Made by a program: the position numbers and the translations under genes. This document shows, in pieces, positions 29,363-38,844 of a DNA stretch of 49,257 nt. Within the stretch, counting starts at the first letter, position 1. The number at the start of each line of letters is the position of its first letter. The stretch is from an uncultured Orrella sp. GTDB taxonomy: Bacteria > Pseudomonadota > Gammaproteobacteria > Burkholderiales > Burkholderiaceae_B. Location of the stretch: positions 1 through 49,257 of the forward strand of contig CAZBIN010000002.1 in NCBI GenBank assembly GCA_964491995.1, read 5' to 3'. The notes beneath the pieces are model-generated. The model saw nothing but the letters and a program-made list of their open reading frames with translations. It ran no database searches and was not told the DNA's origin.

Positions 29363-29932
29363 TCAGATACCTGGCTTTGTCTTGCGCGCGCGCCGGGACA
29401 AAGCCAGCATGGTGCCACGACAGTTTTCGGCACCACAAAAGCATGCATACTGCGCTCTGACTTTGGCGGTCTTGCGACCATCGATGATCAGGCCGTAGTC
29501 GAAATTCAGCTCCTCACCTCGTGGAATGTCTCTCAAGGCCAGCACATAAACGTGCTTGCCTGACGCATCCTCTTCTGTCTCGCAGTTCGGTGCACAGGAG
29601 TGATTGATAAACCGGGCATCGTTGCCGTTTTGATTTCCGTCGATGATCTTGCCTGAGCTCAGGCTGAAAAAAAATGTATGAAACGGATCGTGGGGATCGG
29701 ACGGTTCCTGTTCATCAGCCTGTTTGCTGGTAATTCGCTTACCGGCATACTCGAATATACGGGTGCCGGCGGGAATCTTCCTGCGCGCAAACACGCCCTG
29801 ACCATGAAGCGCTGATCGCTTGACCCGGTGCCAGACTGTCTCTGGCAGGTCAGTCGCCTCAGACGTCACACTGGCAGACGCCTGATCCGGGGTCACAGTT
29901 TTCTTTTTACTTTTCTTTTTGTCAACTGCCAT
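29363..29932 (-). CDS. SET-domain protein-lysine methyltransferase
   Basis: HGQGVFA, EYAG, ARFINHSCAPNC, GEELNFDY, post-SET CFCGAENCRG; likely start ATG 29932. Confidence 0.93.
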   Translation of the reverse strand: MAVDKKKSKKKTVTPDQASASVTSEATDLPETVWHRVKRSALHGQGVFARRKIPAGTRIFEYAGKRITSKQADEQEPSDPHDPFHTFFFSLSSGKIIDGNQNGNDARFINHSCAPNCETEEDASGKHVYVLALRDIPRGEELNFDYGLIIDGRKTAKVRAQYACFCGAENCRGTMLALSRRARKTKPGI

Positions 29933-30752
29933 TTCGTTTGACACCAAAGCAATGACTGATGTCTGGAAATGTACCGGTACGCACTTCATCCGCATACCGC
30001 TCGACCGAACGTTTGATCTGGACATCCAGATCCGCAAACCGCTTCACAAATTTTGGTACCCGGGTTCCATTCATGCCCAGCATATCCTCGGTCACGAGAA
30101 TCTGTCCATCGCACGCGGCGGAAGCCCCGATCCCAATTGTCGGAATCGAGATGGCACCCGTGATCTCGGTAGCCAGGGTGTGCGCCACGCCTTCGAGTAC
30201 CACCCCGAAAGCACCCGCACGCTCAATGGCCAGTGCATCTGCCATGACAATGCTGGCAGTCTGCTCATCAAGGCCTTGTGCCTTGTAGCCACCCATCGTG
30301 TTGACATGCTGGGGCATCAGGCCAACGTGCGCGAGGACCGGGATTCCTCGTTGCACCAGAAACTCGATGGTGGGCGCCATCACCGCTCCCCCCTCGAGCT
30401 TGATCGCATCGGCCCCACCCTGGGCCAGCAAGATCGCTGCATTGCGAAATGCCTGCTCGGGCGACTCGTGGTAACTGGCAAAAGGCATGTCGGCAATCAC
30501 ACAGACCCTCTGGGTCGCGCGCACCACCGCTGCGGTGTGCGCGGCCACCTGATCGATCGTAAACGACAGTGTGTTCGGCAGACCATAGGCCACCATGGCC
30601 GTTGAGTCTCCGATCAGGATGAAATCCAGATATTCATCCATCAAACCCGCCATCACGCTGCTATGCGCTGTGAGCGCAGCAATTTTTCTATGGCCCTTGA
30701 ATGAACGCAATTGGGGCACGGTAATGCGTTTGACTGTTGAATGAATACTCAC
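29922..30752 (-). CDS. panB: 3-methyl-2-oxobutanoate hydroxymethyltransferase
   Basis: LIGDS, ADMPF.SY, KLEGG, HVGLMPQ, IGIGA, DGQILV, PKFVK; GTG 30752 is the likely start. Confidence 0.95.
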   Translation of the reverse strand: MSIHSTVKRITVPQLRSFKGHRKIAALTAHSSVMAGLMDEYLDFILIGDSTAMVAYGLPNTLSFTIDQVAAHTAAVVRATQRVCVIADMPFASYHESPEQAFRNAAILLAQGGADAIKLEGGAVMAPTIEFLVQRGIPVLAHVGLMPQHVNTMGGYKAQGLDEQTASIVMADALAIERAGAFGVVLEGVAHTLATEITGAISIPTIGIGASAACDGQILVTEDMLGMNGTRVPKFVKRFADLDVQIKRSVERYADEVRTGTFPDISHCFGVKRNGS

Positions 30753-30838
30753 TTCGGCTTCCTGCAACAAAAATTGTGAAACAAATCATGAAACATTCAG
30801 ACCGAACCCGAGGGTTCAGTCACTGGCTTGGTTGCTGC

Positions 30839-33463
30839 CTAAGTAACTGCCTTTTTCACGGCCTTCTTTGCAACCTTCTTGGCTGCTTTTTTCGCTGCTT
30901 TTTTTGCAACAACCTTCCTGGCAGTCTTGGTCGCAGCTTTTGTGGCACGTTTGGTCGCGACCGTTGAAGCCGCCTGACTGGCCGGCCTGGTCGCCGTCTT
31001 GCCTGGCCTGTCGGGCTTGGCCTCAAACTCAAAGCCGACCTTGCCCTTGGCATCACACGCCAGATACGCCTTGAACTTGCGGTTGGTTCTGCTCGAGACA
31101 AATCCGTCAAACAAATCCGTCTTGCCGGTCGCAAGCAACTTGGTGACCTGGGCGGCGGGAATCTCCTGCTGCAGGATGACCTTACCCGTTCTGAAGTCGC
31201 AAGATTTTTCCGGACCCACAGACTTTTCGCAGACAAAGCTCATACCATGCTCGAAGACACGGCTGTGACACTTCGGACACTCCCCGAGATCGGGCTGACC
31301 AGAAAAGTCGACAGGCGTGTCGTCATCTTCCTCTTTCTGCCCAAAATCAAACTCCAGCTTGCTGTCTGAATCCAGTCGCAGCAACGCGGCAAAAGGGCGT
31401 CCCATTTTGCTGATGAAACCTTGCAGGGGACCGATCTCGCGCGCCTTGAGCAAGAGCTCGACTTCTGCAGGCTCGAAGGTTCTGCCACCTGGGTGTTTGC
31501 CAATCGAAAAGTCGCATGCTGTGCAAGCGTACCGTCGGTAATTCTCTTTAACGACTCCGCCACACTTGGGACATGGCGTGCTCAGCGTAATGTAGTCACC
31601 CGGGACGGTATCGCGGTCGTATTCCTTGGCGCGTTTGACGATGATTTGCGTCATCAGAGCAATCTCGTGCATGAACGCCTGACGCTGCAGCGCACCCTGC
31701 TCGATCTGCTTGAGCTTGTGCTCCCACTCTCCCGTCAATTCCGGCGAAGTCAGCTCCTTGACATTCAATCCGCTTAAAAGGGTCATCAGCTGGCGTGCCT
31801 TGGCGGTGGGCACCAGATCACGACCCTCGCGCCGCAGATAGCTTTCGTTGATCAGTCCTTCAATGATCGCCGCCCGGGTGGCCGGTGTACCCAGACCGCG
31901 CTCGGACATCGCCTCGCGCAATTCCTCGTCATCGACAAGCTTGCCCGCGCCTTCCATCGCCGAAAGCAGTGTGGCTTCCGTATACCGTGGAGGCGGCTTG
32001 GTCGCCAACCCAACCGGCTCGATCGAGTCGATGCGCACAATCTCTCCCGCATCGACCGGTATCAGATTCTCGTCCTCGCCCTGGATCTCACGGCCGTACA
32101 CGGCCAGCCAGCCCGGTGAGGTCAGAATCTTACCCTCGGTTCTGAAGCGATAGGCCTGAACCTGGGTAATTCGGGTTGTGACACGATATTCGGCCGCAGG
32201 AAAGAAAATCGCCAGAAAACGCTTGACCACCAGATCGTAGAGCTTGCGCTCTGCATCACTAAGATCTTTTGGAATCTGCAATGTCGGGATAATGGCAAAG
32301 TGATCCGACACCTTCTTGTTATCGAACACCCGCCGGTTCGGTCGCACCCAGCCCTGGGAAATGACCTTGGACGCATGTACGGCCAGACCGGCCGCAGCCG
32401 TGCCCTCGCCATTGGCAAGCGCTGCCATGGTCTCCTTGACCGTAACAAGGTAATCCTCTGGCAGATAGCGGGAATCCGTTCGGGGGTAGGTCAGCGCCTT
32501 GTGGCGCTCGTAAAGTGACTGCGCCAGTGAAAGCGTTGTCTTGGCAGAAAAACCAAACCGGCCATTGGCTTCACGCTGCAACGACGTCAGATCGTAAAGC
32601 AGCGGCGAGAGCTGCGTGGTGGGCTTGGATTCTTCCGTGACAGTGCCTGACTGGCCGCGGCAGGCGGCTTCGATCGTGCGAGCGGCGGCTTCACTCCAGA
32701 GGCGTGTGTCACGTTTCTCCGGATCCTGCGGATCCTTCTTGAAATCCGGGTCGAACCACTTGCCTTCGTAAAAGCCAGCCGCAGCTACAAACGAGGCCCT
32801 GACCTCCCAGTAGTCTCTCGACACAAACTCGCGAATACGGGTCTCACGCTCACTGACAATGGCCAGCGTGGGTGTCTGGACGCGACCAACCGGTGTCTTG
32901 AAAAAGCCGCCATCCTTGCTGTTAAAGGCTGTCATGGCACGCGTGCCGTTAATGCCGACCAGCCAGTCTGCTTCGGCACGCGAACGCGCTGCCTGCTCCA
33001 GGGGTTTGAGTGCCTCGTCCGGACGAAGATTCTCGAAAGCTTCCCTGATTGCGTCACGGGTCATCGATTGCAACCACAGTCGCTGGACCGGTTTGGCGAG
33101 CCCCGCATATTGCTGGATGTAACGGAAGATCAGCTCCCCTTCACGCCCTGCGTCACACGCGTTGATCAGACGGTCAACGTCCTTGCGTTTGATCAGCCGC
33201 ACCAGCAGCTTGAGCCGCTCGGCCGAACGTTTGTCGGTTGGGTTCAGCTCGAAATTTGGTGGAATAACCGGCAGATGCGCAAAACTCCACTTACCTTTGA
33301 CAGGATCGTTGGGCGCAATAAGGCTCAGCAGGTGTCCGATGCTCGAGGCAAGGACAAACTGCTCACTTTCGAAATAATCCCCTTCACGAGTGAAGCCACC
33401 CAGTGCGCGGGATATATCGAGAGCCACAGAGGGCTTTTCGGCGATGATAAGTGCTTTGGTCAT
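30839..33463 (-). CDS. topB: DNA topoisomerase III with lysine/alanine-rich C-terminal tail
   Basis: IAEKPSVA, NACDAGREGELIF, GRVQTPTL, TYPRTDS, DHFAIIPT, GLGTPATRA, zinc-ribbon C-terminal repeats. Confidence 0.95.
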   Translation of the reverse strand: MTKALIIAEKPSVALDISRALGGFTREGDYFESEQFVLASSIGHLLSLIAPNDPVKGKWSFAHLPVIPPNFELNPTDKRSAERLKLLVRLIKRKDVDRLINACDAGREGELIFRYIQQYAGLAKPVQRLWLQSMTRDAIREAFENLRPDEALKPLEQAARSRAEADWLVGINGTRAMTAFNSKDGGFFKTPVGRVQTPTLAIVSERETRIREFVSRDYWEVRASFVAAAGFYEGKWFDPDFKKDPQDPEKRDTRLWSEAAARTIEAACRGQSGTVTEESKPTTQLSPLLYDLTSLQREANGRFGFSAKTTLSLAQSLYERHKALTYPRTDSRYLPEDYLVTVKETMAALANGEGTAAAGLAVHASKVISQGWVRPNRRVFDNKKVSDHFAIIPTLQIPKDLSDAERKLYDLVVKRFLAIFFPAAEYRVTTRITQVQAYRFRTEGKILTSPGWLAVYGREIQGEDENLIPVDAGEIVRIDSIEPVGLATKPPPRYTEATLLSAMEGAGKLVDDEELREAMSERGLGTPATRAAIIEGLINESYLRREGRDLVPTAKARQLMTLLSGLNVKELTSPELTGEWEHKLKQIEQGALQRQAFMHEIALMTQIIVKRAKEYDRDTVPGDYITLSTPCPKCGGVVKENYRRYACTACDFSIGKHPGGRTFEPAEVELLLKAREIGPLQGFISKMGRPFAALLRLDSDSKLEFDFGQKEEDDDTPVDFSGQPDLGECPKCHSRVFEHGMSFVCEKSVGPEKSCDFRTGKVILQQEIPAAQVTKLLATGKTDLFDGFVSSRTNRKFKAYLACDAKGKVGFEFEAKPDRPGKTATRPASQAASTVATKRATKAATKTARKVVAKKAAKKAAKKVAKKAVKKAVT

Positions 33464-33516
33464 TCAGATCCTGATGTCGCTAGTCGCGTTACCAGCGGCG
33501 ATGATACGGGTGCAGA

Positions 33517-34407
33517 TCAAGATGGCGCAAGTGGCGATGTACGCAAATCACTCGACCACATCTCTATTGCACCAGAAAAAAAGCTTTGTAAATTCGTTGC
33601 ACCAAACCGATCGAAGCCCAGACTGACCCATGCCTGCTCAAGCACGGCCAGAGGATCGCGTGTGTCAATGGCCGGCGCACCGTTCTGTTTGGACAGTTTT
33701 CTGCCATGGACATCCATCACAACAGGTATGTGCATATAGCGCAAGTCCGGCAGACCCAGAAGCCGTCCCAGCAAAATCTGCCTTGCCGTGCTGGTGAGCA
33801 GATCCGACCCTCGAACCACGTGCGTGACCCCTTGCCACGCGTCGTCCACGACGACTGCGAGCTGGTACGCCCACGGCCCATCTGCTCGCCTGAGCACAAA
33901 ATCTCCCACCACAGCTTGAACATCTTGTGACTGCAAACCATACCAACGGTCTTCAAACGATATGACGCCGGGGTCAACCCGCAATCGCCACGACTTCGCC
34001 AGTCTGCCCGGCTTGAGTCCATCACGACAAGTGCCCGGGTAAGGCCTCTCCCCGAGCGGGAATTCCCCGTGAAGCGCCAGCACCGAATCGGCAATCTCCT
34101 TGCGACTGCATCCACAGGGATATAAGAGACCTTGCTTGCGCAACTGCTCAAAAGCCGCTTCGTAGGATGCGTGGCGATCTGACTGATAAATCACCTCGCC
34201 GTCCCACTGCATTCCCAGCTGCTGCAATTGCTGCAAAATCAGCCTGTCGGCACCAGAGACGCTGCGAGGCTCATCCAGATCTTCCATGCGCACCAGCCAG
34301 CGCCCCCCGGCCGCTCTGGCATCCAGGTAGCTGGCAAGCGCTGCCACGACCGACCCTGCATGCAGCGGCCCACTCGGGCTGGGAGCAAATCGTCCTGCGT
34401 AACTCAC
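33517..34407 (-). CDS. gluQ: tRNA glutamyl-Q(34) synthetase
   Basis: [49 protein letters not shown]; no anticodon-binding domain. Confidence 0.95.
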   Translation of the reverse strand: MSYAGRFAPSPSGPLHAGSVVAALASYLDARAAGGRWLVRMEDLDEPRSVSGADRLILQQLQQLGMQWDGEVIYQSDRHASYEAAFEQLRKQGLLYPCGCSRKEIADSVLALHGEFPLGERPYPGTCRDGLKPGRLAKSWRLRVDPGVISFEDRWYGLQSQDVQAVVGDFVLRRADGPWAYQLAVVVDDAWQGVTHVVRGSDLLTSTARQILLGRLLGLPDLRYMHIPVVMDVHGRKLSKQNGAPAIDTRDPLAVLEQAWVSLGFDRFGATNLQSFFSGAIEMWSSDLRTSPLAPS

Positions 34408-34413
34408 GTCGAA

Positions 34414-34872
34414 TCAATGCGTCAAATGCTCACCATCATGACGCAGCAGTTCTTCGAGAATCAACCGGTCAACCTCGGCTTCCTGGCTCCAGAGAACCAT
34501 CAAAGCGATGATCTTAATAGTCTCCAACTGGACGGGTGACTCCGAGCAGGCCAGCGCGCGCTCGATCACTATCTCGCGCATCGGTGCTGCCAGCACACCA
34601 CTGTTTTCCAGAAAGGTGATGAAACCGATGGCATCCGGACCCAGTTGCTGCTGTTCAAATTCAGCATAGAACCGCATCCCGTCACTGTCGATATTGGCCA
34701 GTTCGACACAATCCTCTGTCGCCTCAGCCAAGCCCAGCAACCACCCCAGCGCCTCATCAATGTCTTCATGCTCAAAGCCGGCGGCAGCAAGCCGTTTGGC
34801 AAGGACATCAGCAGAAGGACAGGCTTCGGGGGTGTAGTAGTTATGGAACAGATAAACCAGAACTTCGAACAT
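34414..34872 (-). CDS. smg: Smg / DUF494 protein
   Basis: MFEVLVYLF, AAGFE..DI..AL.WL, GFITFLE, REIVIERAL, KII.LMVLW. Confidence 0.93.
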   Translation of the reverse strand: MFEVLVYLFHNYYTPEACPSADVLAKRLAAAGFEHEDIDEALGWLLGLAEATEDCVELANIDSDGMRFYAEFEQQQLGPDAIGFITFLENSGVLAAPMREIVIERALACSESPVQLETIKIIALMVLWSQEAEVDRLILEELLRHDGEHLTH

Positions 34873-35264
34873 CGCAAGCCCCCCGTTTCAAATCTGCGGT
34901 GCGGTTCACGAGTACCGCCGCATTGTCTTTAAATGTACGCCCAAAACGGACTTAGAACAATTGAACTCCCAGATATCCGGAGAGCTTTGCATGACCCGTC
35001 AATCCATCAACTCGCAATGGACATCTCTGACTATCCGGATATGGCAGACGATCCACAAAGTACCCATGTTGCGAGCGTTGCTTGCGACGCTGCCACCACT
35101 GAGCAGTCAACAGGTCAGATGGTACCTCATGAAGGACGTGCGGATCTCTGGGTAATGTCTGCTGAGTCGACCATGGACTGTCTGATATAGAACCTTTGGC
35201 GCGCTGCCACGCGCGCGTATATGATGGGCGCAGAATAATTCAAAACTCTGGAGTAAAGACCGCG

Positions 35265-36323
35265 ATGAATCCTTTGGAACACCAACTGACCTACCCGCTG
35301 GACAAACAGCTTCCCGAACCAGGACACAGCATCGAAATGGCCCCGGGCGTGCACTGGATCAAAATGCCACTGCCCTTCGCGCTTGACCACATCAATCTGT
35401 GGCTGTTGCGAGACAATATTGATGGTCAGGAGGGCTGGACCATCGTCGACTGTGGCGTGACCCGCGACGAAATCAAAGATCTCTGGGAACAGGTCTTCAC
35501 CAACGTGCTGCAGGGACTGCCTGTGCTTCGCGTAATCGTCACCCATATGCACCCGGATCATGTTGGCCTGGCCCACTGGCTTTGTGCGCGCTGGAAAGTG
35601 CCGCTGTGGATCAGTATGACCGACTACATCACCGCCCGTCAGTGGTCGAGTTCTGAAGGTGGTTCTTCAAATGGCGGCCAGGCTGCGGTAGACCACTTTT
35701 CCAGACACGGACTACGCGTTGAGGAGACGCTTGAGGGTATCCGCGCACGCTCGTCTTACTACAGCGGTCTGGTGCCATCGGTACCCGACCAGTTCGTCCG
35801 GATCATGCATGGCGACAAAATCCAGATCGGTGGAAAAACCTGGGAAGCAATCGTAGGTTACGGGCATGCGCCGGAGCACATGTCGCTGTTCTGTCTCGAG
35901 AACAAGGTTCTGATCTCCGGCGACATGGTGCTGCCACGCATTTCGACCAACGTCAGCGTGCACAATTACGAGCCTGAGGGCAACCCCTTGCAGCTGTATC
36001 TGGACTCGCTTGAGCTGTACAGCCACCTGCCAGATGACACACTCGTGCTGCCATCGCATGGTCGACCATTCAAAGGCTTGCATGAACGCATCGCCCAGCA
36101 GCAGTCTCATCATCAGGAGCGACTCGACGAAGTCATCGAAGCCTGTCAGGTGCCTCACTCGGCCTTTGATATCCTGCCGGTGATGTTCAAACGCAAACTT
36201 GACACCCATCAGACCACGTTTGCCATGGGTGAAGCTATAGCCCACTTGCACATGCTTTACTTCAACGGAAAACTTAGCCGGACACTCAGCCCGGACGGAA
36301 TCTATCTCTTCACCACAAAATGA
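35265..36323 (+). CDS. MBL-fold metallo-hydrolase
   Basis: LPFALDHIN, THMHPDH, GHAPEH, SGDMVL, PSHG; likely start ATG 35265. Confidence 0.92.
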   Translation: MNPLEHQLTYPLDKQLPEPGHSIEMAPGVHWIKMPLPFALDHINLWLLRDNIDGQEGWTIVDCGVTRDEIKDLWEQVFTNVLQGLPVLRVIVTHMHPDHVGLAHWLCARWKVPLWISMTDYITARQWSSSEGGSSNGGQAAVDHFSRHGLRVEETLEGIRARSSYYSGLVPSVPDQFVRIMHGDKIQIGGKTWEAIVGYGHAPEHMSLFCLENKVLISGDMVLPRISTNVSVHNYEPEGNPLQLYLDSLELYSHLPDDTLVLPSHGRPFKGLHERIAQQQSHHQERLDEVIEACQVPHSAFDILPVMFKRKLDTHQTTFAMGEAIAHLHMLYFNGKLSRTLSPDGIYLFTTK

Positions 36324-37510
36324 CTGATCACCACCTGCAAACCCGCCTGCTTCACGCTGACAGCGCCCCCTTTGACGACGAAACAGGAATTGCGCCTGTC
36401 AGCCTGCCTTCGATCCGGACCAGTACGGTTCGCTTCAAGAACCTGTCCTTGCTCGACCAGACACTGGCTCGCAAGAACAAGGGCGAGCGGGTGGTCAGTT
36501 ACGGTATCGCCGGGCTCGACACCCATCGCGCCCTGGAAGACGTCATCAACATGCTCGAAGGCGGTACCTATTGCATTCTGAACCCGTCAGGCCTGGCGTC
36601 TATCCATCTGACCTTCATGAGTGTGCTGCAAAGTGGTGACCACGTCCTGGTATCGGACAACGTCTACGGACCCGTGCGTGTGATGCATGAGACCCTGCTC
36701 AGAAAGCTCGGTATTGAGGTCAGCTATTTTCCATCGCACCTGCAAAATCTTGATTCACTGATCAGACCCAACACCCGGCTGCTTTACGTCGAGTCACCTG
36801 GTTCGTTATTGATGGAAATGCTCGATCTGCCCCGGCTTTCCAGCATCGCCAAGTCACATAACCTGATTCTGGCTATCGACAACACCTGGGGAGCGGGTAT
36901 GCTTTACCAGCCCCTTGCACTCGGGGCTGACATCTCGGTGATTGCCGGGACCAAATACATCAATGGCCATTCGGACGTCATGCTCGGCGCAGTAGTCACC
37001 AATCGCGATGACCTGGCCAGACAGATACATGCAACCCAGTATGCAGTTGGCAACAGCGTGAGTGCCGATGATGCATGGCTCGCGCTAAGGGGCGTTAAAA
37101 CCATGGCGGTCAGACTCGAGCATCATGGGCGTAGCGCCTTGCGAGTGTGCGAGTTTCTGAACAGTCACCCGATGGTCAGCAAAATTTACTTTCCCGCCTG
37201 GGACAAGGATCCCGGTCACGCTTTGTGGAAACGGGACTGCCTGGGATCGAACGGGCTGCTGAGCGTTTCTCTGAACTGCAGTGCGAACGCTGCCAGAGCG
37301 TTTGTTGACGCGCTCGAGCTATTTGGTATTGGTTTTTCCTGGGGCGGCTTCGAGAGCCTGGTGCAGTGGGTCAGCCCATCGGCGCTAGAGCCCCATAGTT
37401 ACTGGAAGGAACAGGGTAAAGCCTTGGTGAGACTGCACATCGGACTGGAAGATATCGGTGATCTCATCCAGGACCTTTCTCAAGCCCTGGACAAGATCAA
37501 GCCCGACTGA
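36320..37510 (+). CDS. metC: Cystathionine beta-lyase
   Basis: STV, PSGLA, VYGP, ESPGS, DNTW, TKYINGHSD, GFSWGGFESL, RLHIGLE; ATGA overlap. Confidence 0.92.
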   Translation: MTDHHLQTRLLHADSAPFDDETGIAPVSLPSIRTSTVRFKNLSLLDQTLARKNKGERVVSYGIAGLDTHRALEDVINMLEGGTYCILNPSGLASIHLTFMSVLQSGDHVLVSDNVYGPVRVMHETLLRKLGIEVSYFPSHLQNLDSLIRPNTRLLYVESPGSLLMEMLDLPRLSSIAKSHNLILAIDNTWGAGMLYQPLALGADISVIAGTKYINGHSDVMLGAVVTNRDDLARQIHATQYAVGNSVSADDAWLALRGVKTMAVRLEHHGRSALRVCEFLNSHPMVSKIYFPAWDKDPGHALWKRDCLGSNGLLSVSLNCSANAARAFVDALELFGIGFSWGGFESLVQWVSPSALEPHSYWKEQGKALVRLHIGLEDIGDLIQDLSQALDKIKPD

Positions 37511-37578
37511 GCTCTGATCGCGTACTCACTGATTAGTGACAGACAACTCATTACCGACTGATTACCGGCTGTGCGGCA

Positions 37579-38175
37579 TCAGTTGCTTTTAATCAGCTCG
37601 GTGGCGACTTCAAGCGTTTCTTTGTAACCGCCCGCTTCGGTGGGCGAGGTCAGAAACCGTCCACCCACTGCGATGGAAGGCGTTCCACGGACACCGTACC
37701 CTTCAACCAGCTGATCGGCACGTTTGATTTTTGCGGTCACTCCGAACGAGGTCATGGCTGCCTCAAAACTGGCGCGATCCAGCCCTTGTGCAACAGCCCA
37801 GTCAACAATGGCATCTTTGGTGAAGATACGCTTGTTTTCCTGATGAATGGCCTGAAACACCTTGGGGTGCAGATCGGTCCTTCCGACCGCTTCGAGCGCG
37901 TAATACATCTGTTGCAGTGGCTTCATGCCCGCATTGAATGCCACCGGTATCGCATGAAACACAACATCGCCTGGCAAGTCCTTTTTCCACTCCTGCACCA
38001 TCGGCTCAAGCACGGCGCAGTGCGGGCACCCGTAGGAGAAAAACTCCAGAACCTCCACCTTGCCTGGCTCAGTCGACTGAGGCGGATTCACATTGACATA
38101 TTTCTGCTGCGCAAGCGCGACCGACCCAGACACTGCAAAAACAGCGGCGACAAACAGTTTAAAAATTGACTTCAA
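37579..38175 (-). CDS. dsbA: Thiol:disulfide interchange protein DsbA
   Basis: EFFSYGCPHC, cis-Pro GTP, signal peptide; TTG 38175 with AAGGAG RBS. Confidence 0.95.
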   Translation of the reverse strand: MKSIFKLFVAAVFAVSGSVALAQQKYVNVNPPQSTEPGKVEVLEFFSYGCPHCAVLEPMVQEWKKDLPGDVVFHAIPVAFNAGMKPLQQMYYALEAVGRTDLHPKVFQAIHQENKRIFTKDAIVDWAVAQGLDRASFEAAMTSFGVTAKIKRADQLVEGYGVRGTPSIAVGGRFLTSPTEAGGYKETLEVATELIKSN

Positions 38176-38218
38176 AGTTGACTCCTTGACAAAAGACCTG
38201 CAAGCGCCATATCTGGCG

Positions 38219-38833
38219 TCACTGACGAACGACATTCGAATCGATCTTTTCTTGTGACAGCTTCGCACGCGCTTTGTTCATATCATCCAGTCGACCAAAC
38301 GGGCCTATCCGAACCCGGTTCAGTAAAACACCATTGACATCTGCTCTCTGAATCTGCACCGGAAGCCCTAGCAGAACCATCCGCGCCTGCATGGCCTCGG
38401 CATCCTCAACCACGCGGAATGCGCCCACCTGAAGGTAGTAAGAACGCCCATCCTCGGCCGGCTTGACCGGCTGGACGGGTGGTGGTTTCGGGGCGGGGGG
38501 CAAGGGTGGCGCACTCTTGCCGGGTTCGACAGGTAGCGTAGCAATAAGCGCGCCCAGCTCGTCTTTTGGCTTGACAGGACTGGCTGTGCCAGAAGAGCCG
38601 ACCGCCCCCGTGGTACCAGACGCACCGCTACCAGCCAGACCCCGGTTAGGGTCAGGTGCTGATCGAGGGTCTAGCCGCGAAGCCGGCTCGTCACGTGTTG
38701 CTTTGTCAACGAAGGGCATCGGCGATGACATCACAAAATAGGCGACTGCCGCTGCCGCGGCAAGACCGCCAACCAGACCTATGATGATCCCGTAGAAGGT
38801 ACCGCCCCGGGATGTCCGTTTCTGTCTAGCCAT
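38219..38833 (-). CDS. SPOR-domain cell division protein (FtsN-like)
   Basis: N-terminal TM, Pro-rich linker, YYLQVGAF…RVRIGPF; typical argS-SPOR-dsbA context. Confidence 0.9.
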   Translation of the reverse strand: MARQKRTSRGGTFYGIIIGLVGGLAAAAAVAYFVMSSPMPFVDKATRDEPASRLDPRSAPDPNRGLAGSGASGTTGAVGSSGTASPVKPKDELGALIATLPVEPGKSAPPLPPAPKPPPVQPVKPAEDGRSYYLQVGAFRVVEDAEAMQARMVLLGLPVQIQRADVNGVLLNRVRIGPFGRLDDMNKARAKLSQEKIDSNVVRQ

Positions 38834-38844
38834 ATGCCCGTCTG

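Noticed and set aside
20505-30811. 14-bp sequence CAGACCGAACCCGA shared by two intergenic regions (20505-20518 and 30798-30811)
   Set aside because: Only two copies with different flanks; insufficient to call a REP family.
34933-35190. 85-aa ORF between smg and the MBL hydrolase
   Set aside because: No RBS or motif support.
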